From Macrostomum lignano (taxonomy: Eukaryota): a stretch of DNA of 64,000 nucleotides. The DNA lies in NCBI GenBank assembly GCA_002269645.1, contig NIVC01000093.1, positions 62,001 through 126,000 of the forward strand. Reading direction: 5' to 3'. This document shows positions 26,764-40,304 of the stretch, one piece after another; position 1 is the first letter of the stretch, and each line of letters begins with the position of its first letter. The translations under genes were made by a program, and so were the position numbers. Under the pieces are notes generated by a model. The model saw only the letters and a list, made by a program, of their open reading frames with translations. It did not search any database and was not told the DNA's origin.

Positions 26764-29700
26764 TCACACCATGGTTGTCTGACCGTCCTTGCAGCGATTC
26801 CGACAGCCGCTAGAACCGCTGCTCGTTGCCGCACCGTTGTCCGTCTTAAACCAGTAGTCGCAGTCCACGTAGCCCGGACAGTCGCTTGCTGTGCTGTTTG
26901 ACATCAGCATCAGTAACGGTGGCGGAGGTGGAGGCGGAGGCGGCGGTGGTGGCAGCCGCAGGGAATGCGTCATGGCTGCCTCTCCACGGCCAGCAACTCT
27001 CCCATCGTCGTGTCCATCGTGGGAGTCTAGCTTGATGCCATCGTTGAACTCGTCGCTGCCAAGCTCTTCGTCGTAGTCGTTGTTGTGGTCATCGTCGACA
27101 TCGTTTCGACCTCTTCGACGACGCCGATGTCGATGTCGCTGCTTCTGTCTGGCCGGAGCGGGCCGACGCTGCATTTGGCGTTGAATTCTGCGACGTTCGA
27201 GACGCAGTCGACTGATGGCCAGACAGACACCGACGAGGGTCAGGCAGTTCAGTGCCAGCAGGCTGCTGCCGATCGTTAGGATCAGAACCAACCGATTGTC
27301 CTCGTCGGCGACCAGCTCCGTCAAGGTCGGTCTGGTGGTTGACGCCTGACCGCCGTTGTCTATTGGCTTCGGCGTCGACGATGATGATGGTCGTGGCGTC
27401 TGTCTTGTCGATTTGTCCGCCAGGGTGGCCATTGAATCAGGTGACAAGGATTGGCATCTCCGGCTGACGTTGGCATGGGCACCTTGGCTGCCGGTCTCGA
27501 TGAGTTTGGTCGCATTGTCCAGAATCGCTGGCAGATGTCGCAGCCACAGTCGCATCTGCTTGCTCCGATAGAAACTCTGAGCCGATGGTCGACCGCTTAT
27601 GCGGCCTGTTAAAACAAATTTAATCCATCTAAGAGTTTTTTTCAGTCTACGAGCTAACAGTCTACTATCAGTAGTTTAGCCGAATAAGAACGAAAACTTA
27701 CCAAATGATAAATATTTCTGCGAATCTGGCAGAAAATTGGGCCATTCGACCGCTTTATCGTGCGGCAAAATTTGAGAGAATCCGTCAGCTGCGTAAGCTG
27801 TCCGATTACTTGATGGCTTGTTGGGATTTCTGCAAGAGATTAATGAGGATTAGCTTTGCAGCTCCTACTGCTAAACACTGCTTAAGCCCAAACTTCGCTT
27901 TAAAATAAATTAACGAAATTGGAATGGGTTTCTGCATCATAAAATTGAATTCGCCTCATAGTTTAAACTTCATATCGGAAGTTTGTATCAAGAACGACTT
28001 AGGTATTGGTCCTTGGTTCGTACGCCGTTGATTGATCAGGGATAAGCAAACTTTTTCTTACCTGAAGGGCCAGATACAAAGAATCCAACTAATGGCTGCC
28101 GATCGGATGAGAGAGAAAAGGACAGGGAATAGAGAAGAGAGGAATGAGATAAGATATAAGATGAGAGAAGAGATGAAAGAGCTGAGAAGAGACACAAAAA
28201 CCTTGAGAGGGCCGGATTGCTATTGTGAAGTTAAAATGGCTGTTCTAGCGAAAGTTCCAATCATGGTGATAATAGATAAACAATAATTGATTACACCTGC
28301 CTTAATGGGCAGATTTGCAACCGACAGCTCAGCCGCAGCTATTGTGCGGCGCATCTGAAGGCTGCGTACGGCTGTTCAGTCCAAGCACTGGGGGGTCGCC
28401 ACACACACCCAGAATGACCCCAGCTAATGCTGGCACCCATTTTACAGCTGGGTGAACTGAAGCAATGCAGAGTGAATTGTCCTGCTCAAGGAAACAAATT
28501 GTTCCAATTGGAATCGGAAATCGAACCCCCGACCTTCAAGGCGTAAGTCCACCACGGCTACAACCCTTGTAATTTATGTAATTTATTATGTAATCTCTAT
28601 CGTAACTATCGACAGTAGCTATCGGTACCCCTACTGACATTAATGCCATCAATCTACTGCATTCCCAGGTCAATTTACCCGGTAGCAATAAAATTAGCTA
28701 GGTAGCGCATCAGTGCAGCCGAAGTGACTCGATCTGCAGCGCGGTAGCTTCTCATCGAGTCAGCCCGTTCTGGCGTCGGGTGTCGTCGGACGTCGGCCAG
28801 AACTGGTTCGCCTAAAGCCAACGCCAGTTCCTCCTGCCACCAGCCGCTACCGCCGCCTCCAGCAGCATCAAAGGTGCCCACAAAGGTAGCTGCACCTTTG
28901 GCAGCGTGGTGCAAAGCACTGGCCAGACACGGCGAAGCCAACAGGCCATCAGAGAGCATTTTGGCCTCTACAGAGTTCATTTTCGTGTCATTTGTAGCAA
29001 TCGACTCGCGCGCGCCAACATCGTAAGCAGCATCGAGGACCCCGACTGCCACAGACTGGGCAGCGGTGTGCGGAAATACAGTTTGCACCAGCCGTTCGAT
29101 ACTCAGTCTTCGATCCCTGGCGTCACCAGCTAGCTGGCTTTGTCCCATCAGGTGCCGAGCTGAGCTGGTCGAAAATCCGACTAGGAGATTGACTCCGGCG
29201 AAGGCAGACCGAGACGACTTGATCTCCTGATTCAAGTTGCTTGACTGAAAGAAGTTTGCGTCGGTGCTGACTGGCCCAAGAGTCTTGGAGTCTTTAGGTG
29301 TCCCGGCGTCGATGGCACTGCTGTCGTTTAGGACTCGACGCTCGGCTGCCAAAATGTCGGCGGCGGGCAGGTGACGCGCAAAATTGATCAATTGGCTAGC
29401 CGACATCTTGTCCAGCTGCTGATCGGTGATTGAAGTTCGATTCCTGCTGGCCTCCTGAGCAGTTTTTGCTGCTTCTTTTAGTAGTTGCTTAGCAAAGACC
29501 CGAGCTTTGAGCGGGTCGGCCAGAGCCCATGGCGCTAATCCAGTGCCTCCGAGCAGGATCAGGTTCCGGACTCCCAGAAACGACTCTTGACCGTCCACTG
29601 TGGGTGATTTTTTCGAGGTTTTTGCGTTTCACTGACTTAAATCAAGGACGCAAGCAGTCATTCCTACTACGTTGACCTCTGAGCACAGAGAATCTGACTC

Positions 29701-32700
29701 ATCACACAGGGTGTCCCGATTTTCATCGTCAGGCGTGTTTACCATTTGTGTCTTGAGGGTCGGCTCCGATGGCCCAGAACTAAAAGCCCCTAAGGTCCAA
29801 GGTCTATTTCAGTTTACGAGCTTCAAAATGAGTGAGCGCATGTCATCTTAGCATCTCAGCATCTCAGCACCTCACCATCTCAGCATCTCAGCATCTCAGC
29901 ACCTCAGCATCTCAGCATTCTCAGCATCTCAGCATCTCAGCACCTCACCATCTCAGCATCTCAGCATCTCAGCACCTCAGCATCTCAGCATTCTCAGCAT
30001 CTCAGCATCTCAGCATCTCAGCATCTCAGCACCTCAGCATCTCAGCATCTCAGCTTCTCACCACCTCACCATCTCAGCATCTCAGCATCTCAGCACCTCA
30101 GCATCTCAGCATCTCAGCTTCTCACCACCTCACCATCTCAGCATCTCAGCATCTCAGCATCTCCTCGTCTCAGCATCTCAGCATCTCAGCATCTCAGCAT
30201 CTCAGCACCTCAGCATCTCAGCATCTCAGCTTCTCACCACCTCACCATCTCAGCATCTCAGCATCTCAGCACCTCACCATCTCAGCATCTCAGCATCTCA
30301 CCACCTCAGCATCTCAGCATCTCAGCATCTCAGCATCTCAGCACCTCAGCATCTCAGCATCTCAGCATCTCAGCATTCTCAGCATCTCAGCATCTCAGCA
30401 TTCTCAGCATCTCAGCATTCTCAGCATCTCAGCATCTCAGCATTCTCAGCATCTCAGCATTCTCAGCATCTCAGCATCTCAGCATCTCAGCATTCTCAGC
30501 ATCTCAGCACCTCACCGTCTTAGCAGCATTTCTCAGCATTTCTTGCAACTCGCTCAAAGCCAGGTAAACCTGTCAGACGCCTTAGGCTTCTGTAACTGAA
30601 AGATCCTATAAATACGAACGCATTCGCATGGGTAACGTTATTTTTGCATGATAATTTTATAACCCAGATTTTCTACAATCATTTTTAACTGCACACTTTG
30701 ATACATGTACATTAAAAAACCGATTGAAAGTACCGGACTATTATTGAATAGTTGAACAACACGTCTTTCTGTATAATTAACAATACTAAAACCAAATAGT
30801 AATCACATATAAAGGAAGAAAAATCCAATATTAAAGAAGTCTTTAGCTACCGCTATTACTAATTCACTCAACCGGTAAATTCCTTTTGATTTTAAACTCT
30901 ATCGATTTTGAATTCGAGTTTGAACTACCTGTTCTCTCAAAATCGGCTTCTAATTATAGTTCACTCCAAGCTACGAGGTTATAATAACATTCGAAATATA
31001 ATTAGTTATCGTTATCATCAGAATTCGCCACTCACTGCGTGGGTCATAAACTACTTACTGAATGAGTAGCTGATGCGCACATTGCAGCAAAGTAATTATT
31101 GGAAGGGAAATCTATTCGATTGTTTCAACTTCCTGAAAAATCAATAATCTTAGCATCTCAGCAACTTCCCATGTGAGCCATGGCATCTCAGCATCTCCCC
31201 CTGTGAGCTATGGTATCTCAGCATCTTCCCCTTTGAGCCATAACATCTCAGCATCTCCCCCTGTGAGCCATGGCATCTCAGCAACTTCCCATGTGAGCCA
31301 TGGCATCTCAGCAACTCCCCATGTGAGCCATGGCATCTCAGCAACTCCCCATGTGAGCCATGGCATCTCAGCAACTCCCCATGTGAGCCATGGCATCTCA
31401 GCAACTTCCCATGTGAGCCATGGCATCTCAGCAACTCCCCTGTGAGCCATGGGATCTCAGAAACTTCCATAGCATCAGCAACTCCCCCTGTGAGCCATGA
31501 CATCTCAGCATCTCCCCCTGTGAGCCATGGCATCTCAGCATCTTCCCATGTGAGCCATGGCATCTCAGCAACTCCCCATGTGAGCCATGGCATCTCAGCA
31601 ACTTCCCCTGTGAGCCATGGCATCTCAGCATCTTCCCATGTGAGCCATGGCATCTCAGCATCTTCCCCTGTGAGCCATGGCATCTCAGCATCTCCCCATG
31701 TGAGCCATGGAATCTCAGCATCTTCCCCTGTGAGCCATGACATCTCAGCATCTCCCCATGTGAGCCATGGAATCTCAGCATCTTCCCCTGTGAGCCATGA
31801 CATCTCAGCATCTCCCCCTGTGAGCCATGGCATCTCAGCATCTTCCCATGTGAGTAATGGCATCTCAGCATCTCCCCGTGTGAGCCATGGCATCTCAGCA
31901 ACACTTTCTTGAGCCATGAATTCACAATTAATATCTGTCATCTTAATTGGCAATTTACTCACCCTGAGCGAATCGCGAGATCATGAGAAGCGACGCCAGC
32001 GCCGCCCCGTATCCGTGACCCATCAGCGTCACCCTGTCCGGGTCGCCGCCGAACTGTCTGATGTTGGCCCTGACCCATTGCAACGCGTCGCGCAAGTCCA
32101 TCAGAGCAAAATTTCCTGGCGCTTCCAGTCCGTCAGCCGATAGAAAACCTTTGGTTCAAACATAGTTGTACTTTTATTCAAAGGAGAAGGCCTGATCGAA
32201 GAGAGTGTTCATGCCTGTCGATTAGTTACCCTGGCACCACCTCCTTCTAAGACTACCTGTACTAAACACGTACCAAAACTGCCAAGTCGATAATTGAGCG
32301 TGATGCCGATAGCTCCGCTGATGGCGCAGAGCATGCTGAGATCGTAGGCGTTGCCAGAGCCCCACAGGTAACTGTCGCCGTGTACGAACACCAATACGGG
32401 CAGTAGCGGCCGCGGCTGGTTGGTCCTTCGCCGCTGGTGAACTTCGAAACCATCGACTGTGTTTGAATGCGCTAAAAATATTGATTGAGAGCACCAGTAG
32501 ATAAAGGTTAAAGGTCTGTCTGTCTGTCTGGCTGTCTCAGTGTCTCTCATAGTCTGTCTCAGTATCTGTCTCAGTGTCTGTCTCAGTGCCTGTCTCAGTG
32601 CCTGTCTCAATGTCTGTCTCAGTGTCTGTCTGTCTACCTGTCTCAGTGTCTCTCATAGTCTGTCTCAGTGTCTCTCATAGTCTGTCTCAGTGTCTCTCAT

Positions 32701-35700
32701 AGTCTGTCTCAGTATCTGTTTCAGTGACTGTCTCAGTGTCTGTCACAGTGTCTGTCTCAGTGTCTGTCTCAGTGCTTATGTCATTCCCTGTCCTAAAACG
32801 ATAAAATGAAACGTTACTTCTTGACGGTCACAAAACGTGTGCTCAAATTATAATTTTCCTTTTTTAGTCCTTTTTCCAAGTAAAAAAGTCAGTCTCATTT
32901 GATCTAGAGTCTGTCTATCTATACCTTTGACAATAATTCTTTTGATAATTTTGTTTTCATTTTACAAGCGTAGCGTTAAGAGAATCACTCCTGCACCTTT
33001 AACCGAGTAGCTAGGGGGTAGACTTCAGAAAAGATTACGTGTAAAGAATTTCCTCGTCAACAAAGAGGACATAATCGTCCGGAACACCTTTTCAAAGCCT
33101 TAAACGCTTTATAGGGAAAAATATTAAAGAAACGTTACAGATTCAGACCGCAGTGAGTTCTTTTCAATGTGAAACGCGCAAAAACACCGCTTTTGAAAAG
33201 TTTTCTATGTTGAAAACATCTCTAAAAGCTGACTGACCGGCACTTGCTTTCCTAAGTCCTAAACTCAGAAATGCTGAAGGAAAGCTTGGGAAACAGTTTG
33301 AGCAATACGGTCGTACCAACCAATCAACCAACCAACCAACCAACCAACCAACCAACCAACCAACCAACCAACCAACCAACCAACCAACCAACCAACCAAC
33401 CAACCAACCAACCAACCAACCAACCAACCAACCAACCAACCAACCAACCAACCAACCAACCAACCAACCAACCAACCAACCAACCAACCAACCAACCAAC
33501 CAACCAACCAACCAACCAACCAACCAACCAACCAACCAACCAACCAACCAACCAACCAACCAACCAACCAACCAACCAACCAACCAACCAACCAACCAAC
33601 CAACCAACCAACCAACCAACCAACCAACCAACCAACCAACCAACCAACCAACCAACCAACCAACCAACCAACCAACCAACCAACCAACCAACCAACCAAC
33701 CAACCAACCAACCAACCAACCAACCAACCAACCAACCAACCAACCAACCAACCAACCAACCAACCAACCAACCAACCAACCAACCAACCAACCAACCAAC
33801 CAACCAACCAACCAACCAACCAACCAACCAACCAACCAACCAACCAACCAACCAACCAACCAACCAACCAACCAACCAACCAACCAACCAACCAACCAAC
33901 CAACCAACCAACCAACCAACCAACCAACCAACCAACCAACCAACCAACCAACCAACCAACCAACCAACCAACCAACCAACCAACCAACCAACCAACCAAC
34001 CAACCAACCAACCAACCAACCAACCAACCAACCAACCAACCAACCAACCAACCAACCAACCAACCAACCAACCAACCAACCAACCAACCCAACCAACCAA
34101 CCAACCAACCAACCAACCAACCAACCAACCAACCAACCAACCAACCAACCAACCAACCAACCAACCAACCAACCAACCAACCAACCAACCAACCAACCAA
34201 CCAACCAACCAACCAACCAACCAACCAACCAACAAATCCTTAATGCATACAGTTTATGCCATATTGTTTTGACAAGTGGTTATGGATAGGAAATGAGTTT
34301 ACTTTAAAAGAATCTTCACTGCCATCCAAAATAGTATATTCTGAATCTTCTATAAAACGCGGCACCCTTTGTCTCTATAAAGGTATTGATCCCTTTGCCC
34401 CGGGCCGCATTAAAAAGATCACGTGATATAGGAGACTTGCTGACTCCTACCAACCCTCGTATGTGAAAAGTTCTGGCCGACTGGCACAGACAGGGAGGCG
34501 AGACAGAGAGAGAGAGGGAGAGAGTGAGCGAATGAACAAGCACGACTTCTGCCTAATAACTCCAGACAGTGGAGGCGGACCCACTTCATTAAGCATTGTT
34601 TCTTAATCTGTCATAATGATTGAGCCAGCTCTAGCTCTTGTCCTGTTCATTGAAAACTTGCCGCCAATAAGGCTCAGCATCTAGTCGGCGACAATTCAGA
34701 ATTTTCCAACTCATCTGTCGCCGTTCGTGATGCCGTTCTGATCTGTGATCCGATTGATTGCGCGGATCACGCTATGCTTGCCTCAATTATGCAGGTCCAA
34801 TAAGTGCAGGATTAAAAGTGAAATAATTTCGCACTTTACTTGCCTTTATTAATTGGACAAACGTGGATTAGGAATTGGAGTCCTGGAGGAGCCCTGTTTA
34901 AACTATTACAGATTGTACACATTCAGGTAGATCTCATCACTTAGCACCGGTTTGTACACATTCAGGTAGATCTCATCACTTAGCACCGGTTTGTACACAT
35001 TCAGGTAAGATCTCATCACTTAGCACCGGTTTGTACACATTCAGGTAGATCTCATCACTTAGCACCGGTTTGTACACATTCAGGTAGATCTCATCACTTA
35101 GCACCGGTTTGTACACATTCAGGTAAGATCTCATCACTTAGCACCGGTTTGTACACATTCAGGTAAGATCTCATCACTTAGCACCGGTTTGTACACATTC
35201 AGGTAGATCTCATCACTTAGCACCGGTTTGTACACATTCAGGTAAATCTCATCACTTAGCACCGGTTTGTACACATTCAGGTAGATCTCAGAGTGAATCA
35301 CCCAGCACCGGTTTGTACACATTCAGGTAGATCTCGGAGTGATTCACCCAGCACCGGTTTGTACACATTCAGGTAGATCTCGGAGTGACTCACCCAGCAC
35401 CGGTTTGTACACATTCAGGTAGATCTCAAAGTGATTCACTCAGCACCGGTTTGTACATATTCAGGTAGATCTCAGAGTGACTCACTCAGCACCGGTTTGT
35501 ACATATTTAGGTAGATCTCAGAGTGATTCACTCAGCACCGGTTTGTACACACTCAGGTAGATCTCAGAGTGACTCACTCAGCACCGGTTTGTACATATTC
35601 AGGTAGATCTCAGAGTGACTCACTCAGCACCGGTTTGTACACATTCAGGTAGATCTCAGAGTGACTCACCCAGCACCGGTTTGTACACATTTAGGTACAA

Positions 35701-36189
35701 GCACTCCTCATCCTGCCGCTTCAGGTAAGGCAGCATTCGAGTGACGTGAGCGGCGAATCCTGACGTTGTTGAAGCTTGTAACTGCATGGAATCGTTGGGA
35801 AAATTTTGCGGACAAACAGCCTGAAACCTGTCCCGATAGAAGGTACTACCAGAGGCGTAGTAGTTGTACTTCATAGCGGCCACCGATCTGGCGAATCGAT
35901 GCAGAGTGCGGCGCTCCATCTTGCCAACAGCAGCGAACTGCAGGCCCAAATAGGCGCGAACTGTGGGCAGCTGAGGCGTGGTCGGCCTGATGTCGAGCCC
36001 CACCAACCTGCGATAGCCAGCTGCTGTGCCACCCTCGCGATAAGTCAAATAAGTGTTAGATCGATAAGCTCGACCGGTGCTGAATTCTGGCACTGTCGAT
36101 TTCATTGTAGTTTCCATGGCAACGGCATAGCAACCAAGTGAAATTATTAGCAGTAGTGACAGTAACTTGACTATTCGACAATTATGCAT
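26764..36189 (-). CDS. nlg: Neuroligin, 6 exons (36189-35670, 32471-32274, 32148-31963, 29597-28679, 27829-27702, 27605-26764; 930 aa)
   Basis: Signal peptide; [17 protein letters not shown]; [11 protein letters not shown]; NYRLG; GNFALMD...[13 protein letters not shown]; nucleophile elbow GHGYG lacking the catalytic Ser; NFIATGNPN; [10 protein letters not shown]; TM segment [12 protein letters not shown]; C-terminal PDZ ligand TTMV. All five introns are GT-AG with matching phases (1,1,1,2,1) and the total is 2793 nt. Confidence 0.92.
28285..28568 (-). mobile_element. tRNA-derived SINE, copy 1
   Basis: On the minus strand: A-box-like GGGTTGTAGCC, B-box-like GGTTCGATT, core CCTTGAGCA...CACCCAGCTGTAAATGGGT; homologous to the copies at 48650 and 55884. 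Confidence 0.75.
29846..30535. repeat. 8-bp (CATCTCAG)n minisatellite
   Basis: Directly visible; neuroligin intron 3. Confidence 0.95.
31150..31912. repeat. 30-bp minisatellite GTGAGCCATGGCATCTCAGCAACTTCCCAT
   Basis: Directly visible; related array inverted at 59125-59683. Confidence 0.95.
32515..32775. repeat. 12-bp minisatellite CTGTCTCAGTGT
   Basis: Directly visible. Confidence 0.85.
33316..34233. repeat. (AACC)n microsatellite, about 0.9 kb, nearly perfect
   Basis: Directly visible. Confidence 0.97.
34913..35697 (-). repeat. Minisatellite (39-40-bp and about 46-bp units) derived from the neuroligin exon 1 3' end and donor site
   Basis: Each unit repeats TACCTGAATGTGTACAAACCGGTGCT (YLNVYKPVL) from the exon end; proximal units also repeat GTGAGT-like donors. 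Confidence 0.9.
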
Positions 36190-36592
36190 GATTGTGTTAC
36201 AGCTCTAGCTGGCTACGGAGACAATCCGGCTCAAGCTAAACAGGAAGTATTTACGGGCACTTTTTTACCTTGGCTGCTCCTCCCGCTGTGTTTTTTCTCT
36301 CGCTTGATATACGGGCTGAGGGAGGGGATTGATGGGGGAAATCTTCCTGTCTTTGATGAGTATTCCCTTCGTGTTTCTCTCTGTTCAGCGGGCGCTCACT
36401 TCTGCAGAGCTCGAGTCAAATCAAGGATGAAGGTGGATAAATACGGGTGACTAAAAAAACAGAGCTCCCATGCTGGTCAGCAACTTGGCCTCTTGTCACC
36501 AACTGCACGGCAAGACACAAATGCAGTGACGGACTGGGCGGCTCCGCTCATTGGGTGCCGTGCTGCTGCTTGAGTCCATTGGTCAGCTGAGG

Positions 36593-36901
<309 letters not shown>

Positions 36902-38105
36902 GGAAAGAGGCTCAGAGAACACTTTCGTCACTTTTATCTCTGTTATCGAAAGCAAATCCAATCTAAAGTAGCTTTTAAGAGTTGGGTCAGACAGGAAGTC
37001 GCAATCCCGTGAGGTGTCTTGGAACAGTAATGCTATTTTGGATTCAACAGTGGATAAGACAGTTCAGATTGTACGAAACGCACTGAGTCACATTTCCGGA
37101 TCTGCAGATAAATCAAATCAGAAGACAGCCACGCATTCTCACACTGAAAGTGTCCATTTTATTCCAAAAGAAATTGAAGCTTACAGCTAGTACTCGGACT
37201 CAGTTTCCTTATCTCTTTCAGCTTTCTTTAGCTAATACCAGGTCAAGATCATCATTCCTTGTTGCATAATCCTTCCAGTCAGGATTAGTCTTTTGATTTT
37301 TGTTATCTGAATGTCATCCAGAGCTGTTCCAGAAAGAGAACTGCCTGAGAACTTTCAGAACCCGACCCTAACACTGGGAGTGGCTTCTGATCTCGGGCTA
37401 GGTTAGTTAGTTAATGCTGTCTTAATTCAGATTCTAATTGCAGTTGGCAGCTTGGCTCAGCCAGCTCAAACGAGATTCGCTTAACTCCACCTTGCAGTCA
37501 AAGACTGTTTGAACTAGAAGAGCTCGAACTGCTGAGAACAGTATAAGGCTGCATACAGTTGCTAGGCTAGGGTTAGGTCAAGTGTATTTTTTCTAATAAT
37601 TTTCATGCTTGCATCTCTCTCTGTGTGTGTGCGCGTTTGCCAACTTACAGCTTATTGGGAAGAAGAAATTATATAGTACAGTTTTAGCAGCCGGACAGGA
37701 TAAAACTTGTGCCAAGACTTCGTTCGTTCAAACGTCTTCCTTGCCCCAGCAGAGCTCGAGAGTTCTCGGGCTAAATGAGCCGTGAATGAAGCGTGCTTGA
37801 GGGGTTGCAATGGCTAAGCTGAAGTCAGTTACTATAGGGGATCGGATTGCTACGGACACGTATTTGATGTGTTGCAGCCTTTCAAAAAGCTATTTCGTAA
37901 AATTAAGATTTAGCTACAGTTGGTGTTTATGCGCGTAGCTTACTACTTGAAAAAGCATCCGTTAAGAAATGATACAAAGAGAATAATGAATTTTAAATGA
38001 TACGTGTAGATGTGTCATGAGGCAGAAAGGCTGTTTGACACCCGGATACAGCGGGAAGCCGTCGTCGTTTATTTAAGCTAACCATGGTTTGGGCAGAGGT
38101 GGGCA

Positions 38106-38810
38106 TGGTTTCTCGTCAGGGGGTCCAGAGGTGGATGGTCTCTTTTCGTGGGGTCCATGAGGTGAATGGTCTCTCGTCCGGGAGGCCATGAGGTGGATGG
38201 TCTCTCGCCCGGGGTCCATGAGGTGGATAGTCTCTCATCCGGGGTCCATGAGGTGGATGGTCTCTCGTCCGGGAGGCCATGAGGTGGATGGTCTCTCGCC
38301 CGGGGTCCATGAGGTGGATGGTCTCTCGCCCGGGGTCCATGAGGTGGATGGTCTTTCGCCCGGGGTCCATGAGGTGGATGGTCTCTCGTCCGGGAGGCCA
38401 TGAGGTGGATGGTCTCTCGCTCGGGGTCCATGAGGTGGATGGTCTCTCGTCCGGGAGGCCATGAGGTGGATGGTCTCTCGCCCGGGGTCCATGAGGTGGA
38501 TGGTCTCTCGCCCGGGGTCCATGAGGTGGATGGTCTCGCGTCCGGGAGTTCATGAGGTGAATGGTCTCTCGCCCGGGGTCCATGAGGTGGATGGTCTCTC
38601 GTCCGGGAGGCCATGAGGTGGATGGTCTCTCGTCCGGTTGTTCATGAGGTGGATGGTCTCTCGTCCGGTTGTTCATGAGGTGGATGGTCTCTCGTCCGGG
38701 TGTTCATGAGGTGGATGGTCTCTCGTCCGGGTGTTCATGAGGTGGATGGTCTCTCGTCCGGTTGTTCATGAGGTGGATGGTCTCTCGTCCGGTGTCCATG
38801 AGGCGGATGG
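38106..38810. repeat. About 30-31-bp minisatellite CCGGGGTCCATGAGGTGGATGGTCTCTCG(C/T)
   Basis: Directly visible. Confidence 0.9.
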
Positions 38811-40304
38811 TAAGTACAAGGGACGCTACTCAATATACTAAGAAATGAGCCGGAGGCCTGTAGGAAGTGTAGGCCTGTAGTTGTCCCACCGCAAGTGCAT
38901 TTACCGGTACATATAGTATGCTATAGAGAGAAATCAATTTTTAGCACAGATTTCTCACGCCCAAAATTGTCTATGGCCAGACCCCATTCGGCAAGGGTGC
39001 TGTTTGTGTTGTTATTTGTCTGTGTCCCAAACAGCAACCGACTGACCCTATAAAGGCTTGCCTTGACTTATATCGTTAAACAAAATATACATTTAACTTA
39101 AGCTATGCTCTTTTAATAAAAGCCTTCGGCTTAACGCTGAATCAACGCACAGAACACAACAAAATGTACTTTTGGCAAAATTTTAAACTATCTGAATTAC
39201 CCAAAATCACATTTACCCTGCTCAACCCTATTGATTCTGATGGCAAGTTGCAATTTGGCATGAGGTACAGTGAAAAATATGAAACTTTTATCTATATTGG
39301 TCAAATAATTTATGTAGACTATGATTATTGACAAGCAGATTCCCCCAGAAAACCATTTTTAATCGATAATACACTTTCCATAGCATATACACATGGGAGT
39401 ACGTCTACCAGTAACTCCAGAACTTCCTGGAAACGTTTGGAAACGTTCCTCAGATGGCAGCGTTTATTACATGACTATGCGAGCAGCATATACACAAGGA
39501 AGTGTAATCTCCGGTAAGACAGCAGCACTATCACCTTTCCTATTGTCTGACGCTCGCTCAACCACAACTATAGTCCTCAGACTTACGTGGTGCATTATAC
39601 CTACATCGATTCCCCGTCACACCGTAGGAGATGAGTATTCCACAATTTTACATCCCAAATCACGCGTCTTTATTGAGAATCTTTTTTGATTGCAACTTTG
39701 TTGAGTTGAGAGCTGCATGTTATAGTTCTGAAAAGGTGGAGGATCAATAACCCAGTGTTTGATGATACGAATAAATGCTGTTTACACCGGTGTTTTATGA
39801 CTGTACTTCTGTGACCTTCAATAGAAACAGACTAATCTTTTTGCATAAAGCGTCGATGTAAGGTTAGGATTTGTAACTGCTCTTGGTACCTTATTGAGTT
39901 ATGTATTATTAGCTGTTCGATGCTGAATTCAGTTTCATGGTGATTGTTGGATTCGGCATTCTTGTGTAACTTCTGTGGTCTTAGTACAAGTCTTTGTCTT
40001 TCTAGAATATTTGTTACCGTCTATTAGTGGTTGAATTACGCATTTCATAATCCAACCCCTTTTTGCGCTTGTAGCAGCACCAAAGCATTCATCATTTATT
40101 CTAATTATTTCTTATTCTATATTCCAATCGCTTTAGTTCACCCATAGACACTTCTGTACTATTCGTTCGCCCCAGCGCTAAATAGCCCCCAACGCAATGA
40201 CAAAATATAAAAAAAGCCTCCCGCTTTTGCTAGCTATCTTCGAAGTGCCACATACACTCGTAAGCTTGTAGCGGTAACCTAACGCTACAAATTGGTAGCA
40301 GAGC

